From Promethearchaeota archaeon (GTDB taxonomy: Archaea; Asgardarchaeota; Heimdallarchaeia; Hodarchaeales; Hodarchaeaceae): DNA of 64,000 nt. Every line of letters starts with the position of its first letter. Position 1 is the first letter of the stretch. The translations under genes were made by a program, and so were the position numbers. The stretch is from contig JBHLMN010000016.1 in assembly GCA_048938105.1 (NCBI GenBank), forward strand, positions 83,199 to 147,198, in the 5' to 3' direction. The notes beneath the pieces were generated by a model. That model saw only the letters and a list, made by a program, of their open reading frames with translations, ran no database searches and had not been told where the DNA came from. Of the stretch, positions 1 through 10,294 are shown piece after piece.

Positions 1-105
1 AAATATTTGAAAATCTGTTAAATGGGAAAAGAACTGGTACCTAATGATTATTCAACATATTACTTTCTTTCGGTGAATAAAGATTAGAATGAGGAAAATG
101 GAAAA

Positions 106-414
106 ATGATGATTCTTAGATCATTTATAATTCTAATACTCTTAATCTCTATTTTTAATCTAAAATTTCCTAGGTCAACGGTGGTTATGGAACCATTTGA
201 GGGTTTTTTTCCTTTAACTTCATTTATCACATCATATTTATTGTTTATTTTTGCAGTATTATCTCTTATAGTCTTCATTGGAAATTTAGGCCTTTATCTC
301 CTTACCTCAGATTCAGAACGGATCAAGAACTTGAAAAAAAGCACATTCTGCCTTTTCTGTATTATTTTACCATTAGGTTTTCAATTTCCACATATGCCGA
401 TATGGAAAATGTGA
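106..414 (+). CDS. Small membrane protein, TrbC/VirB2-type (T4SS) pilin-like
   Basis: Signal-like N-terminus and two hydrophobic segments separated by GLYLLTSDSERIKNLKKS, resembling the G-x-Y-x-TS...KK loop of T4SS pilins. Confidence 0.4.
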   Translation: MMILRSFIILILLISIFNLKFPRSTVVMEPFEGFFPLTSFITSYLLFIFAVLSLIVFIGNLGLYLLTSDSERIKNLKKSTFCLFCIILPLGFQFPHMPIWKM

Positions 415-418
415 TTTT

Positions 419-607
419 ATGCCGAATGAGATTCTAGTAATTATAATATCAGCTTGTTTGGATATATTTTCATCGGAACAATTTAGGGCATTTTTAATAG
501 CTCTTGGGTCTATAATCTATGCTCCCACTGGCAGTCGAATTGGAAAATATTGTCTATTGTTTGGTCTTTTCATTTTTACACTCAATAATCTAATAATAGG
601 CATTTGA
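419..607 (+). CDS. Small hydrophobic membrane protein, possibly pilin-like
   Basis: 62 aa with two hydrophobic segments; starts 4 nt after the previous stop. Confidence 0.4.
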   Translation: MPNEILVIIISACLDIFSSEQFRAFLIALGSIIYAPTGSRIGKYCLLFGLFIFTLNNLIIGI

Positions 608-734
608 AGAAGTAAATCAGTAGTTCTCAATTTAACAGATATTACAGTTTATATGACATTTTTTTTACATCAATATTCTTGGGAGTTTTTTAAGATCCTC
701 TTAATTTGATAGTGGAGCGAAGAAACAATTTTGA

Positions 735-3700
735 ATGAGGAATGATATGAAGATGTGGAAGATTCCTAAGGCAGAATTGTTTCAAAAATTAAAAATGTTT
801 ATGATTATCTTTCTATTTCTCATTTCATTTGTACTGAACACTCTCAATGCTAGTGCCCCCCTATTCTCTAATTGTATGTCCTCCTTAAATCGAAGTATGC
901 CTTTAGAAAAGGAGATTGATTCTCAAGAAATTCAGAAAAATCCATCTAATTTAGAAATTAACAATTTAATGGTTAATGAAGAACAAATACAATATTATGT
1001 AGAGCAGAGTACTCAGTTCAATATAAAAAATCATCAAATGAAAGAAATGGCCTCAAATTCGTACACTAATGTTTCTATTAAGTCAAAAGTGATAAATTCA
1101 TCATTTCGGATTTTTTCGAATGGTAATAATGGCAGCAATAGATGGCAAAATGATATTGAACCTGATTATGGGGATGTTAACGCATCTACAATTTTTTCGG
1201 AGAATATCAACTTCTTTCGCTTAAATTTTTCTGAAAATGTTGAGACCCCTGCTTCAGGAATAACTAATACAGATTTTCTTGTTTCATCAAATCCAGACAT
1301 TTTTAGTTATCCAACAATTATTTCCTTCGATTTCAGAATCCCATTTTTAACGTCAACTATCATAAATTCATCTCATACTTTGGGTTTAGAATTTAGGTTC
1401 AACAATGGTTCAATAACCTTCATTTTATCAGATTTTGGGGGGAACCTTGGAGATATTCTTGAAGAAAATGTTACACGACCAAACGGGTCTGATTATCTCT
1501 ATATCCTATGCAATGAAACACCACCCTTCAGTTGGAGACACATTTCACACAATATTACAAGATTAGTTAGTACCTACTTTACTCCAGAGGAGTACTACAA
1601 GTTTTCCTCTCTTGAAACTCTCTTCTGTTATATGATAACTTTCACCCCAGGTTACAAATTGACTCTAGACATAAACAACTTAGATTATTTTACCTTATTA
1701 TCTCCCTGTCCTCCAATTAATTACACAATTGGAGAAACGATGATTTTTACTAGTAATGGTTCATTATCTTATAATTCAATGTTGGGAAACTTCACTTTTA
1801 TTGCATATGAGGATTCTTCTTGGATTAATAATACATTAACATATTTAAAGGTAAATATTACACGAATAAAGAGCTTTAAAAGTTTTTCTTTTGCTAAAGA
1901 TTGGAATGAAACCAAAGTTCGAATAAATTTGTACGTTGACATCCCTGATATCATTGAAGCTGTAACTTCTAGTTTTATTAACATTATTCTTCCCTCAGAT
2001 TGGATTAATATCAATATTATTAATCAAAATATCAACTTTGAATTTACAAATCAAACTAGAATTCTGAATGAATACCTATTCGGAAACTTTTATCGTGCAG
2101 ACGTCTATGGAATACATTGGGGTATTATTGAAGCATGGTCACCAAATTATCTCACTAATATTGTAGTTCCCACTGATGTTAGCAGAAATGATGTTATCAA
2201 GGTTAGAGGTGATTTACATTATCCCTTATTAGGAAATATAAACTTGTATTATTTTAGTGAATCTTTCTTTTTTCACAAAAGTACACTTCCTATGATTAAT
2301 TCTACATTTATCTTTCCTGAAATAACAATAACTGATGAATTTCCAACTGGGATCTTACAATTTACTCTCAATTGGTCAAACTCATGGGAGTATGGTATTT
2401 ATGAAAAACTCGTTTATGTTCATGAGGAAGTGAGTTCTTACTCAAACATTCTATTTAAAACATCTCAGAATGTTAATATTTATCGATTCGAACCATTATT
2501 AGTAAATTTAAGTCTAACGAAAAATGGAAACAAATATTTTTCTAATTCAACATTCGTTTTCTTAATCAAAGGAAAAGAATGTCTTTCTTTTTCCCCAACA
2601 TCACACAATGATTTCATTCTCAATGTTTCTCATATTATTTGGGATCCTGGAGACTATACTTTAAGTGTCATTGCATCTGATGGCGATCTATTCTTTGCAA
2701 AGGATGTGATGAATTTGACAGTTAAACCAGCTTCAATTTTTTGGAGTTTTGAAAACTTACAAACAACTTTGTTAAAAAATGAGAGTATTTGTTTTCGACT
2801 CTATTCTTATATCCATCCTCAAGGAGAAGAATACTTCCAAACCTTATCTGGCCTCAAGATTAGGATTTGGATCAATGATACAGTAATTTCTAATTACGAA
2901 ACAAATTCAAAAGGATTTTCTGATATTGACTTCGATTTTAAATACTCGTCTTCTATGGAATTCCTTCAAGTCGCAGTAGAGGGAATGGTAGAGGGAGAAG
3001 TGTTTAAAATGCAAACACTACTATATTATATCTCAAATGAGACAACCGTAGATGGTGGAGACAGAGCTTATATGCATGAAATAATGAGATCACCTATTAA
3101 GGCAAATGAAACCTTTTTTATTTATTATAACATTGAATACTCAAACAATAATTCTAATTGGTTTGTTCCTATCGAATCATATACTGATTTAGTATTAGCC
3201 GCGTATATTTTACGAGATAATTATGTTATTGGCACCAGTATTGAAAATCACATGTTAATCTGGACACTAGAAGCGAATCAATCTATAAATGATATATTGG
3301 TAATTGAATTACCAAGCCCATCTGTATTAGTCATAAAGGAAGTGTTATCGAAAAAATTCAGAATTAAATTGGAAGCTTATTCCGAAATAACAGTTAATAA
3401 TTATTCAATTGAAATTGATCTTAAATTCTTAGGATTTCCCTTTACCAATATTTCTCTCTTAGATTCATTGAATCGCGATATAACTCATCTGTTTAAAATA
3501 ACCAGTTCAAGCTCAATTGTTTCGATATATCAACTTAATATAATAAGCGAGCTCAAAATGTCTTATTTTTTGAGAGGAGATCTTCAGGAAATTGAAATTA
3601 AAATTAGAAACCCTTTTCAGTCATCATATGCTTATAATGAAAGCATTCGGGGTAGTTGGGAAATCAAAACACCAATCAACTATTCTTATGTAGTTTTGTA

Positions 3701-4292
3701 CACAATATGGGATTTAGGATCTTGGGAATGTTATAATACTTCTCTTGAAACCTTTTCAAATGCATCAAGTGTTATTACGGCTTTCCTGCCTCTCCAAAGA
3801 TGGAACACTTCAATATCTATTCAATTAAGAATGAAATACTTCAATGATCTAATAATAGCTAGTCCGTTGCAAAATTTCACAATCAGTGACGATTTTGCAC
3901 CAGTATTAGATTATTCTATTGAGGCAAAGATTGATGTTATTCGAATACATGCCTTTGTTTACGAACCCGAAAGGGCTTCAGGTATCAAGAATGTCTCTTT
4001 AACATTGAAAGATCAGAGTAACACTGCTAATTCCATTTCCGTAAATCATTATGTTTTTGACATCCCATTTAAAACTATTAATTCCTATTTTATTATGATA
4101 ATTGTGTTTGATTGGGCTGGAAATGAGAGATCATCTGAATTTATAGATATTAAAGAAATGATTCCAGGTTCTTCTTCTCTATCAAGCTTGATTATGTCTC
4201 AATTTTTCTTTCCAACACTTTTTTCTATTGGAATAATGGGCGGTATTTTTATTGCTCGAATAATTAGGAAGAGGCGAACTTCAATTCTTTGA
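735..4292 (+). CDS. Large secreted, C-terminally membrane-anchored surface glycoprotein
   Basis: 1185 aa; N-terminal signal/TM segment (true start probably ~797); beta-rich; many N-x-S/T sequons; C-terminal TM followed by RKRR. Confidence 0.75.
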   Translation: MRNDMKMWKIPKAELFQKLKMFMIIFLFLISFVLNTLNASAPLFSNCMSSLNRSMPLEKEIDSQEIQKNPSNLEINNLMVNEEQIQYYVEQSTQFNIKNHQMKEMASNSYTNVSIKSKVINSSFRIFSNGNNGSNRWQNDIEPDYGDVNASTIFSENINFFRLNFSENVETPASGITNTDFLVSSNPDIFSYPTIISFDFRIPFLTSTIINSSHTLGLEFRFNNGSITFILSDFGGNLGDILEENVTRPNGSDYLYILCNETPPFSWRHISHNITRLVSTYFTPEEYYKFSSLETLFCYMITFTPGYKLTLDINNLDYFTLLSPCPPINYTIGETMIFTSNGSLSYNSMLGNFTFIAYEDSSWINNTLTYLKVNITRIKSFKSFSFAKDWNETKVRINLYVDIPDIIEAVTSSFINIILPSDWININIINQNINFEFTNQTRILNEYLFGNFYRADVYGIHWGIIEAWSPNYLTNIVVPTDVSRNDVIKVRGDLHYPLLGNINLYYFSESFFFHKSTLPMINSTFIFPEITITDEFPTGILQFTLNWSNSWEYGIYEKLVYVHEEVSSYSNILFKTSQNVNIYRFEPLLVNLSLTKNGNKYFSNSTFVFLIKGKECLSFSPTSHNDFILNVSHIIWDPGDYTLSVIASDGDLFFAKDVMNLTVKPASIFWSFENLQTTLLKNESICFRLYSYIHPQGEEYFQTLSGLKIRIWINDTVISNYETNSKGFSDIDFDFKYSSSMEFLQVAVEGMVEGEVFKMQTLLYYISNETTVDGGDRAYMHEIMRSPIKANETFFIYYNIEYSNNNSNWFVPIESYTDLVLAAYILRDNYVIGTSIENHMLIWTLEANQSINDILVIELPSPSVLVIKEVLSKKFRIKLEAYSEITVNNYSIEIDLKFLGFPFTNISLLDSLNRDITHLFKITSSSSIVSIYQLNIISELKMSYFLRGDLQEIEIKIRNPFQSSYAYNESIRGSWEIKTPINYSYVVLYTIWDLGSWECYNTSLETFSNASSVITAFLPLQRWNTSISIQLRMKYFNDLIIASPLQNFTISDDFAPVLDYSIEAKIDVIRIHAFVYEPERASGIKNVSLTLKDQSNTANSISVNHYVFDIPFKTINSYFIMIIVFDWAGNERSSEFIDIKEMIPGSSSLSSLIMSQFFFPTLFSIGIMGGIFIARIIRKRRTSIL

Positions 4293-4302
4293 GCTGAAAA
4301 CC

Positions 4303-5757
4303 GTGAATCATGATATCTTGATAGAAAAATTAAAGATTTTTATGATAGTCTTAATTTCACTTGTCATACTAATCATTATTGAAAGATTACTTATTTCAAA
4401 CGATTATACAAGTATCCTTCAAAACATTGCACAATCACCTTCTAATATGGCACGATATTTTCCAATTACTATTCTGTTGTACCTTTTAACAAAAGAAATA
4501 ATTTTCTCCTCCAAGCAAAATGATCCTCTGCTGAAGTTTTCAGTGATACAAAAAGGATTAGTTTTTATTCAAAATTTTAACATGTATCTTGCTTTATTCG
4601 AAACTTTTTCTGTTGGAAAAATTCAGACAAGTGAATTAAAACAATTGAAGCATCTAAAGGCATTCTCATTAGAATTAGATACAAGTAAAGCATGTGCTAG
4701 AGTTTTTCTTTATTCAAAATCTTATAAAGAGTTAAAAAAACGAATTAAGAAATCAATGCCAATTCTAGAGGTTGTCTTACCTGATATAAAATTCATATCC
4801 AAGGATAATATTACTAGATTCTTGGGTGAAAACAAATTGTTAAAGGTTAGAAAAAAATTTCTTTTAGAAGAAAATTCAGAGTTAATTTTACCTAAATCTC
4901 TAAATCTTGATACCAAACTTTCTCCCACCGTTTCTAGAATGATTCTAGCTTGCATTTTTCCAGAAGAAATGAGTATTGAAGAAAGCACTGATGAAAAGAA
5001 AATGGTACAATGTTACTTATTTCATTCTTACAGCACAAATTCCTTCTTTAAATATATGAATAATATGCTCTTCAATACTCCGAAAAAAAAAGGGGATTAT
5101 TTTTGGGATATTCGTGAACTACAGAGAATGAGATTAAAATATCAGACAGAAGAAATATCAAAGATTAATCTTCAAAAAGGGCTCCATCATTTTAAAGAAG
5201 GTTTATCTATGGTCTTATCAGAACTAAAACAAGTAATTATACAAGAACAGCAAATTAATTACTCCCCTATTAAATTATCAAGTGAATTAAAATCAAAAAA
5301 TCTTTTGAGTTCAGGAAAAACTATTAAATCCCTTGAAATGAATCAGATCTGTTCTGAATTATGTAACATTCCAGGAAATATTAGCTTTTTACAAGAAGAA
5401 AAGGAAAGGAAATGTCAACAAAGAGTAAGTTTTTGTCGAAAACTATTGACAAATGACAATTTCTCTTCGATATTAGAGATCATTTTAGATCAGAAGTATG
5501 AAAAAGATCAAATTCGTCTTTTTACAGAATTAAAAAGTCATTTTTCTCATCAACAACTTATTTGTGTTTTAGCTCATCTATCTCAATCAAATTCCTTAGA
5601 AATTCCTTATCATAAGATCATCAATATGATCTATATCCTTTTGAAATTAAATTACAAGGCACAAGGAAGTCTTAATGCAAACAAAAGACATCAATCTTCA
5701 AATTTTTTTAAGGATGAAAAATTCAAACAGATTTCTTTATCTTTGGCAAAAAAATAA
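4303..5757 (+). CDS. Hypothetical protein with two N-terminal TM helices
   Basis: 484-aa ORF, 10 nt downstream of the surface-protein gene. Confidence 0.7.
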   Translation: MNHDILIEKLKIFMIVLISLVILIIIERLLISNDYTSILQNIAQSPSNMARYFPITILLYLLTKEIIFSSKQNDPLLKFSVIQKGLVFIQNFNMYLALFETFSVGKIQTSELKQLKHLKAFSLELDTSKACARVFLYSKSYKELKKRIKKSMPILEVVLPDIKFISKDNITRFLGENKLLKVRKKFLLEENSELILPKSLNLDTKLSPTVSRMILACIFPEEMSIEESTDEKKMVQCYLFHSYSTNSFFKYMNNMLFNTPKKKGDYFWDIRELQRMRLKYQTEEISKINLQKGLHHFKEGLSMVLSELKQVIIQEQQINYSPIKLSSELKSKNLLSSGKTIKSLEMNQICSELCNIPGNISFLQEEKERKCQQRVSFCRKLLTNDNFSSILEIILDQKYEKDQIRLFTELKSHFSHQQLICVLAHLSQSNSLEIPYHKIINMIYILLKLNYKAQGSLNANKRHQSSNFFKDEKFKQISLSLAKK

Positions 5758-5815
5758 AGATGAGCTTACTTGAATTTGATCCTGTTATTAATTTCTCAAT
5801 AAAAAACTATGGTAG

Positions 5816-5923
5816 TGGGCCCACCCGGATTTGAACCGGGGATCTCTCGGTTATCAGCATCGCCCGCTCTGATGAATACCCTTCAGAACGCCGAGCGCTT
5901 TAACCAGGCTAAGCCATGGGCCC
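5816..5923 (-). tRNA. tRNA-Ile(GAU) with 33-nt intron at 30/31 (5859-5891)
   Basis: Acceptor stem GGGCCCA/TGGGCCC; T-loop TTCAAAT; spliced anticodon arm CTCGG-CTGATAA-CCGAG; BHB with helix CGCT/GGCG and bulges CGG, ATG. Confidence 0.93.
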
Positions 5924-5983
5924 TTTTTTAAGAGGAAAAAAGGTAAGAATATCACTCGGTCTACCTTAAATAAATCTTATGGA

Positions 5984-6385
5984 TTATCTATAGCTTTTAG
6001 TATATTTTGCTCGTGCTCCTGGTCCACCAAAATGTTTAGGCTCACGTCGTCGGGGGTCGCCTACTATCATGTGACGGTCATATTCGATGAATTTAACTCG
6101 CAATTCTTCAGAATCAATCCAAGCTAAAAGAGCTCGCGCAATTGCAGTTCTTGCTGCATCAGCCTGTCCCATGTACCCTCCACCCTTGACTTTAACCTTG
6201 ATATCTACACCTTGTTTTGTCTTTTCATCGATAAAATAGAATGGTTCCATTAACTTCATCCGTACAATTTCTGGCTCAATGATCTCTATTGGTTTTCCAT
6301 TTATTAGTATTCTACCTGTTCCTTCTTTAATTATGGCACGTGCGATAGCGGTACGTCGTTTTCCACTTCGTAATAGACTTTTCAT
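5984..6385 (-). CDS. rps9: 30S ribosomal protein uS9
   Basis: SGKRRTAIARA, GGGYMGQADA, GPGARAKYTKSYR. Confidence 0.98.
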   Translation of the reverse strand: MKSLLRSGKRRTAIARAIIKEGTGRILINGKPIEIIEPEIVRMKLMEPFYFIDEKTKQGVDIKVKVKGGGYMGQADAARTAIARALLAWIDSEELRVKFIEYDRHMIVGDPRRREPKHFGGPGARAKYTKSYR

Positions 6386-6396
6386 TATTTGTACCT

Positions 6397-6831
6397 TCAG
6401 ATTTTTGATTTTAATTCATCAAGTGAGAGATAAGCCGCTTTTGGATTAATTCCTTGTGTTTCTGGAATGACTTCGATATCTTTTTCTTTTAATTGCTCAG
6501 GAAAGTTTTTATATACAATCAGACGATGATAGGCCTCTTTTCCTGTGCTTTTATGATATGGAAGCATGCCACGGATCGTTCGTTTTAAAATCTGGTCAGT
6601 TTCTCTAGGGTAAAAAGGACCTTTTAAAGGATTTGACTTTGTTTTGAGTTGCCTTCTTTGTAAATATTTTGCAGCAATAAAATCTTTTTTACCTGAAATC
6701 AACCCCTTGTCTGCATTAACGACAATGATTTTTTCGCCATTTAGTAATCGTTTTGCGATAATACTAGCTAATCGACCAAGAATTGAATTCTCTGCATTTA
6801 TAATTTTGGTCTCATCTGAGGTTTCTAGCAT
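6397..6831 (-). CDS. rpl13: 50S ribosomal protein uL13
   Basis: ILGRLASIIAKRLLNGE, GPFYPR, RTIRGMLP. Confidence 0.97.
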   Translation of the reverse strand: MLETSDETKIINAENSILGRLASIIAKRLLNGEKIIVVNADKGLISGKKDFIAAKYLQRRQLKTKSNPLKGPFYPRETDQILKRTIRGMLPYHKSTGKEAYHRLIVYKNFPEQLKEKDIEVIPETQGINPKAAYLSLDELKSKI

Positions 6832-6853
6832 TGTTATTTTCCTCTCATCTCCA

Positions 6854-7246
6854 TTATTTGATTAATCGAACTTGGGATCCTTTAGGATTCTTTTCCACTA
6901 GTTCTTCAATAGTTAAACATTGACCTCCAGCATTCTTAATTTTCATTTGAGCTAATTTTGAAAATGATTCTGCAGCGACATTAAGTCGATGATTTAACGA
7001 TCCAGTACCGAGGACCTTCCCTGGGATCAACAATGTGTCTCCTGGAGAAGAAACTCGATTTATCCGGGATATATTAACTGCAACACGCATTCTATTCGGT
7101 TTAGACATTTCAGATGCTAACAATGCCCAGATTTTTGTTTTGTTTTTATTGGCAGCTCCCATTAAAATTCTGATCAAAGCAATCTTATTAGGATCTGTTC
7201 TTCCTTTAGTTTTCAATTGAGTTCCTCTTTTAAAATTCTTCAACAA
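6854..7246 (-). CDS. rpl18e: 50S ribosomal protein eL18
   Basis: VNISRINR, IPGKVLGTG, KNPKGS; conserved order rpoD-rpl18e-rpl13-rps9. Confidence 0.96.
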   Translation of the reverse strand: MLKNFKRGTQLKTKGRTDPNKIALIRILMGAANKNKTKIWALLASEMSKPNRMRVAVNISRINRVSSPGDTLLIPGKVLGTGSLNHRLNVAAESFSKLAQMKIKNAGGQCLTIEELVEKNPKGSQVRLIK

Positions 7247-8030
7247 GAATGTTAAATTCTTTTGCTTTTTCTTTCAAGAGTTTTAGAGCTTCTATCAAAA
7301 TATTTTTGATTGTAAGTGCCCCAGTACTTTCTATGATAAAAACAAAATCTCTACCAGTTGTGGATACAGTAACAGCATCAAGTTCACAAACTTCAACACA
7401 TTGATTGCATAAACTACAATTTATCACATTAACAGCTATTATTTCGTCATTTTCGATTTTGATGATATCTCGGGGGCAAACCCCAACGCAGTCTCCACAA
7501 AAAGTACAGTTATCTAAATTGAATTCAACACATGGATAGTATTTATAAGAAACTGATGAAATTGGTTGCCATTTTGCATGATCCAGACCTCTTCCAAGTC
7601 TAGCTATAGCTTCAAGAAATATTTTTTGATCTTTAGCCATTTTAAGAATTGGAATATTAGGGTGGACTGGAACTATTTTAGAATCTTGAGATAGTAGATC
7701 ATTTGAAAACACTACTTCTATGTCTTTTTCGCCATTTTTTTCTAATGTTAAAGATACCTCGCAGGAGGTACAACCTTGTCCTCCACAGGAACATAATTCT
7801 GGCCTAACATAGTTTTCTAGATCAGTTTTCAGAGGAATTAATCCTAAACGGTGGGCTACTATTTCATCATAAAGAGGTGTAGTGTTTTCTATAATGATTA
7901 CTTCATCAATAGCCATTGTGGGAACTTCACTTAGGATCATTCTTCGAATAGTATTAGCGAATGTTGGGGTTACATCAGAGAGGATAAACTTAACATAATT
8001 TTCTTGTCGTTCGACAATCTCCAGTTCCAA
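7230..8030 (-). CDS. rpoD: DNA-directed RNA polymerase subunit D (Rpo3) with 2x[4Fe-4S] domain
   Basis: FANTIRR, AHRLGLIPL, HAKWQP; two CxxCxxCxxxC motifs. Confidence 0.97.
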   Translation of the reverse strand: MELEIVERQENYVKFILSDVTPTFANTIRRMILSEVPTMAIDEVIIIENTTPLYDEIVAHRLGLIPLKTDLENYVRPELCSCGGQGCTSCEVSLTLEKNGEKDIEVVFSNDLLSQDSKIVPVHPNIPILKMAKDQKIFLEAIARLGRGLDHAKWQPISSVSYKYYPCVEFNLDNCTFCGDCVGVCPRDIIKIENDEIIAVNVINCSLCNQCVEVCELDAVTVSTTGRDFVFIIESTGALTIKNILIEALKLLKEKAKEFNILVEEF

Positions 8031-8509
8031 ATATATACTACCGCCTTTTATTGGATCATTGTATTTTAGAACCTAACACGAGAACCAATGAAAAAAAAAG
8101 GAATTTCATCTTCTTCTCTCTATTGGCTACTCGTAGTGATGTATTTTGTTTGTTATGGCCACAATTGAGTTGGCTTTAAATTTTTTTTCTAAATCTGGTT
8201 TCTTTTCAGAAGAAATATTGAATAAAACCTTTCAAGAAGATTGATAATCCATTTAGTGACAATTATGGCTACAGGATAAAAAAATAGGGTGATAAATTAA
8301 ATATTTTTATTTGATTTTATCATATTTTTGGAAGATTTCAATAAAAAAAACCAAAATCGTACATATTTGATTTATAACTCAATCCAAAATTCGTACAATA
8401 AACTTCAAGCTCCATTCTTATGAGCGTATTAAAACTCTAAATCAGAGAAATTGGGAGATTAAAAAAGACTAGAGGATTCATTTAATGGATTCAAATTTGG
8501 TGTTTTCTT

Positions 8510-8788
8510 TTGGAAATAATAATCCTTAGCCAATGGAATGAATATATTCGTGGATGGCAACTTTTAATCGAATCTGGAGATCAGATTTTTTGGACAATCC
8601 TAATTTTTGTCGCTTGGGTAGTTCGAGCAATTTCTTTAACAATGATCCTCATACAACTTGGAGATCGATTAATCCGTAAGCCAAAAAATTTTGAGTTTAA
8701 TCTTTTAGTTACGGGTATTGTATTCATTTTAGTAACAGTTCCTTTTTTTCTGGCAGGTTTACCTTTAATTTATCCTTTTATTCCATAA
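8510..8788 (+). CDS. Small two-TM membrane protein
   Basis: 92 aa; two hydrophobic helices separated by a basic loop. Confidence 0.55.
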   Translation: MEIIILSQWNEYIRGWQLLIESGDQIFWTILIFVAWVVRAISLTMILIQLGDRLIRKPKNFEFNLLVTGIVFILVTVPFFLAGLPLIYPFIP

Positions 8789-9680
8789 AATTGAGAGGAT
8801 TTTTATTCAAAGGTGAAAAATTAACCAATATCTCATTAAATTGTTCAAAAAGGTCTAGAATTTCATTTGGTGAAAGGCTAGCAGGATGGTTGCTTCGATA
8901 TTCAAGCTTGTCAAGTTCACGTTTAAAAAACCTTCTAAGCTCCTTTGGGTAATGTTTCGCATAAATCTGTAGGTTATTTCTAACTTTTTTATGCTTTCGA
9001 CAGAATAAATTTGTTAGAAAAATGAAAAAGTCTTTATTCCTTATAATTTCTGGAGGTTCCAATTTGGTTCCATGAACAAGACTTGAATGAACGTGAGGCC
9101 GAGGAGTAAAGAAGTGAGGTGGAAAAGTTTGTAATATCTCAAATTTATAGAAAAATGAAGAATAAACAGAGATTCGACTATAATCAGGATCTCCTGGTTT
9201 TGCACATAGATGATTTGCGAATTCACTTTGTAAAGTAACAGCGATTAAATCTGGCCGATTTTTGCTTTGGGTGATTTTTTTGATAAAAGGTGATGAAATA
9301 CCATAAGGAAGATTTGAAATTAGTTTTTGATGATAAGGAAGTTCTAATTTGAGGAAATCCCCTGATATAACTTCTAATTTTTCATTATAATCAATAAATT
9401 CTTTTTTAATAATGGTAGAGAGAATAGGATCTAACTCATATGAAAAAACTTTCTGACAACTTTGAAGAAGGAAATAAGTCAAGGTTCCAATTCCACTACC
9501 AACTTCAACAATTATATCTTTCTGATTCAAAGCTATCTCTGAAAGGAGGGCATCAATAACCGATTTTTCAATAACGAAATTTTGACCCCAAGATTTTTTA
9601 GGAGAAATAGCATAATTCTGAATTAGAGATTTTGTATACTTTTTCAGATTCCCTTTTTCAAGAAGGTGGAAGAAGCTCAA
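8778..9680 (-). CDS. ksgA: 16S rRNA m6,2A dimethyltransferase KsgA/RsmA/Dim1
   Basis: KKSWGQNF, EVGSGIGTLT, SNLPYGIS. Confidence 0.96.
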   Translation of the reverse strand: MSFFHLLEKGNLKKYTKSLIQNYAISPKKSWGQNFVIEKSVIDALLSEIALNQKDIIVEVGSGIGTLTYFLLQSCQKVFSYELDPILSTIIKKEFIDYNEKLEVISGDFLKLELPYHQKLISNLPYGISSPFIKKITQSKNRPDLIAVTLQSEFANHLCAKPGDPDYSRISVYSSFFYKFEILQTFPPHFFTPRPHVHSSLVHGTKLEPPEIIRNKDFFIFLTNLFCRKHKKVRNNLQIYAKHYPKELRRFFKRELDKLEYRSNHPASLSPNEILDLFEQFNEILVNFSPLNKNPLNFME

Positions 9681-9691
9681 TCTTAATCATG

Positions 9692-10294
9692 TTAAATCGG
9701 TTTTTTGGTAAATAAATAATATTTTGGTTCCCCTTCAAGCTCTAATAAAATTCGGTTTGTAAAAATTAACGCTGGATCTGAAATACCAGTCCTTTTAGTG
9801 AAATCACTAAAAGACGAGAATAAATTGTGTTTTCTGGCCTCTAGAATTGACCACAACCTTTTCTGGCCTATACCTGGTAATAGCTGGATTTGATGCATTT
9901 GGGTAGTTAATGGCTGTGCTTGATTGAAGAAAGCTACAAAACGAGATTCGAAACTAGCTACAATATCTTTTATTACAACTGGTAGAATTTCCAGAGCAGA
10001 ACTAGAAAGTTGATTATAACTTAGTTTGTTTAACCTTAGAATTTTCTTGTTAGTAGACGATAACAATAATCTATCGCCTACAGAAATTTCTGATCTGCTA
10101 GTTAAAATAACATCAAAAAATTGGAACCCTTCAACTGTGACGACAACTGCTAGTGGATTATAATCTTCAGAACGCCTGTGACTTAATGATTTTCCCTGTG
10201 GATAAAAATCTAATACAACACTCTCTCCTCTGTAAACAAATTGTGGTTTTAATTTCTTTTTTTCTCGTTTTCGCTGTTGATCTCTTCTTTTCAT
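9692..10294 (-). CDS. DUF655 putative nucleic-acid-binding protein (HhH)
   Basis: VLDFYPQG, FFNQAQPLTTQMHQIQLLPGIG; usual neighbour of ksgA in archaea. Confidence 0.88.
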   Translation of the reverse strand: MKRRDQQRKREKKKLKPQFVYRGESVVLDFYPQGKSLSHRRSEDYNPLAVVVTVEGFQFFDVILTSRSEISVGDRLLLSSTNKKILRLNKLSYNQLSSSALEILPVVIKDIVASFESRFVAFFNQAQPLTTQMHQIQLLPGIGQKRLWSILEARKHNLFSSFSDFTKRTGISDPALIFTNRILLELEGEPKYYLFTKKPI

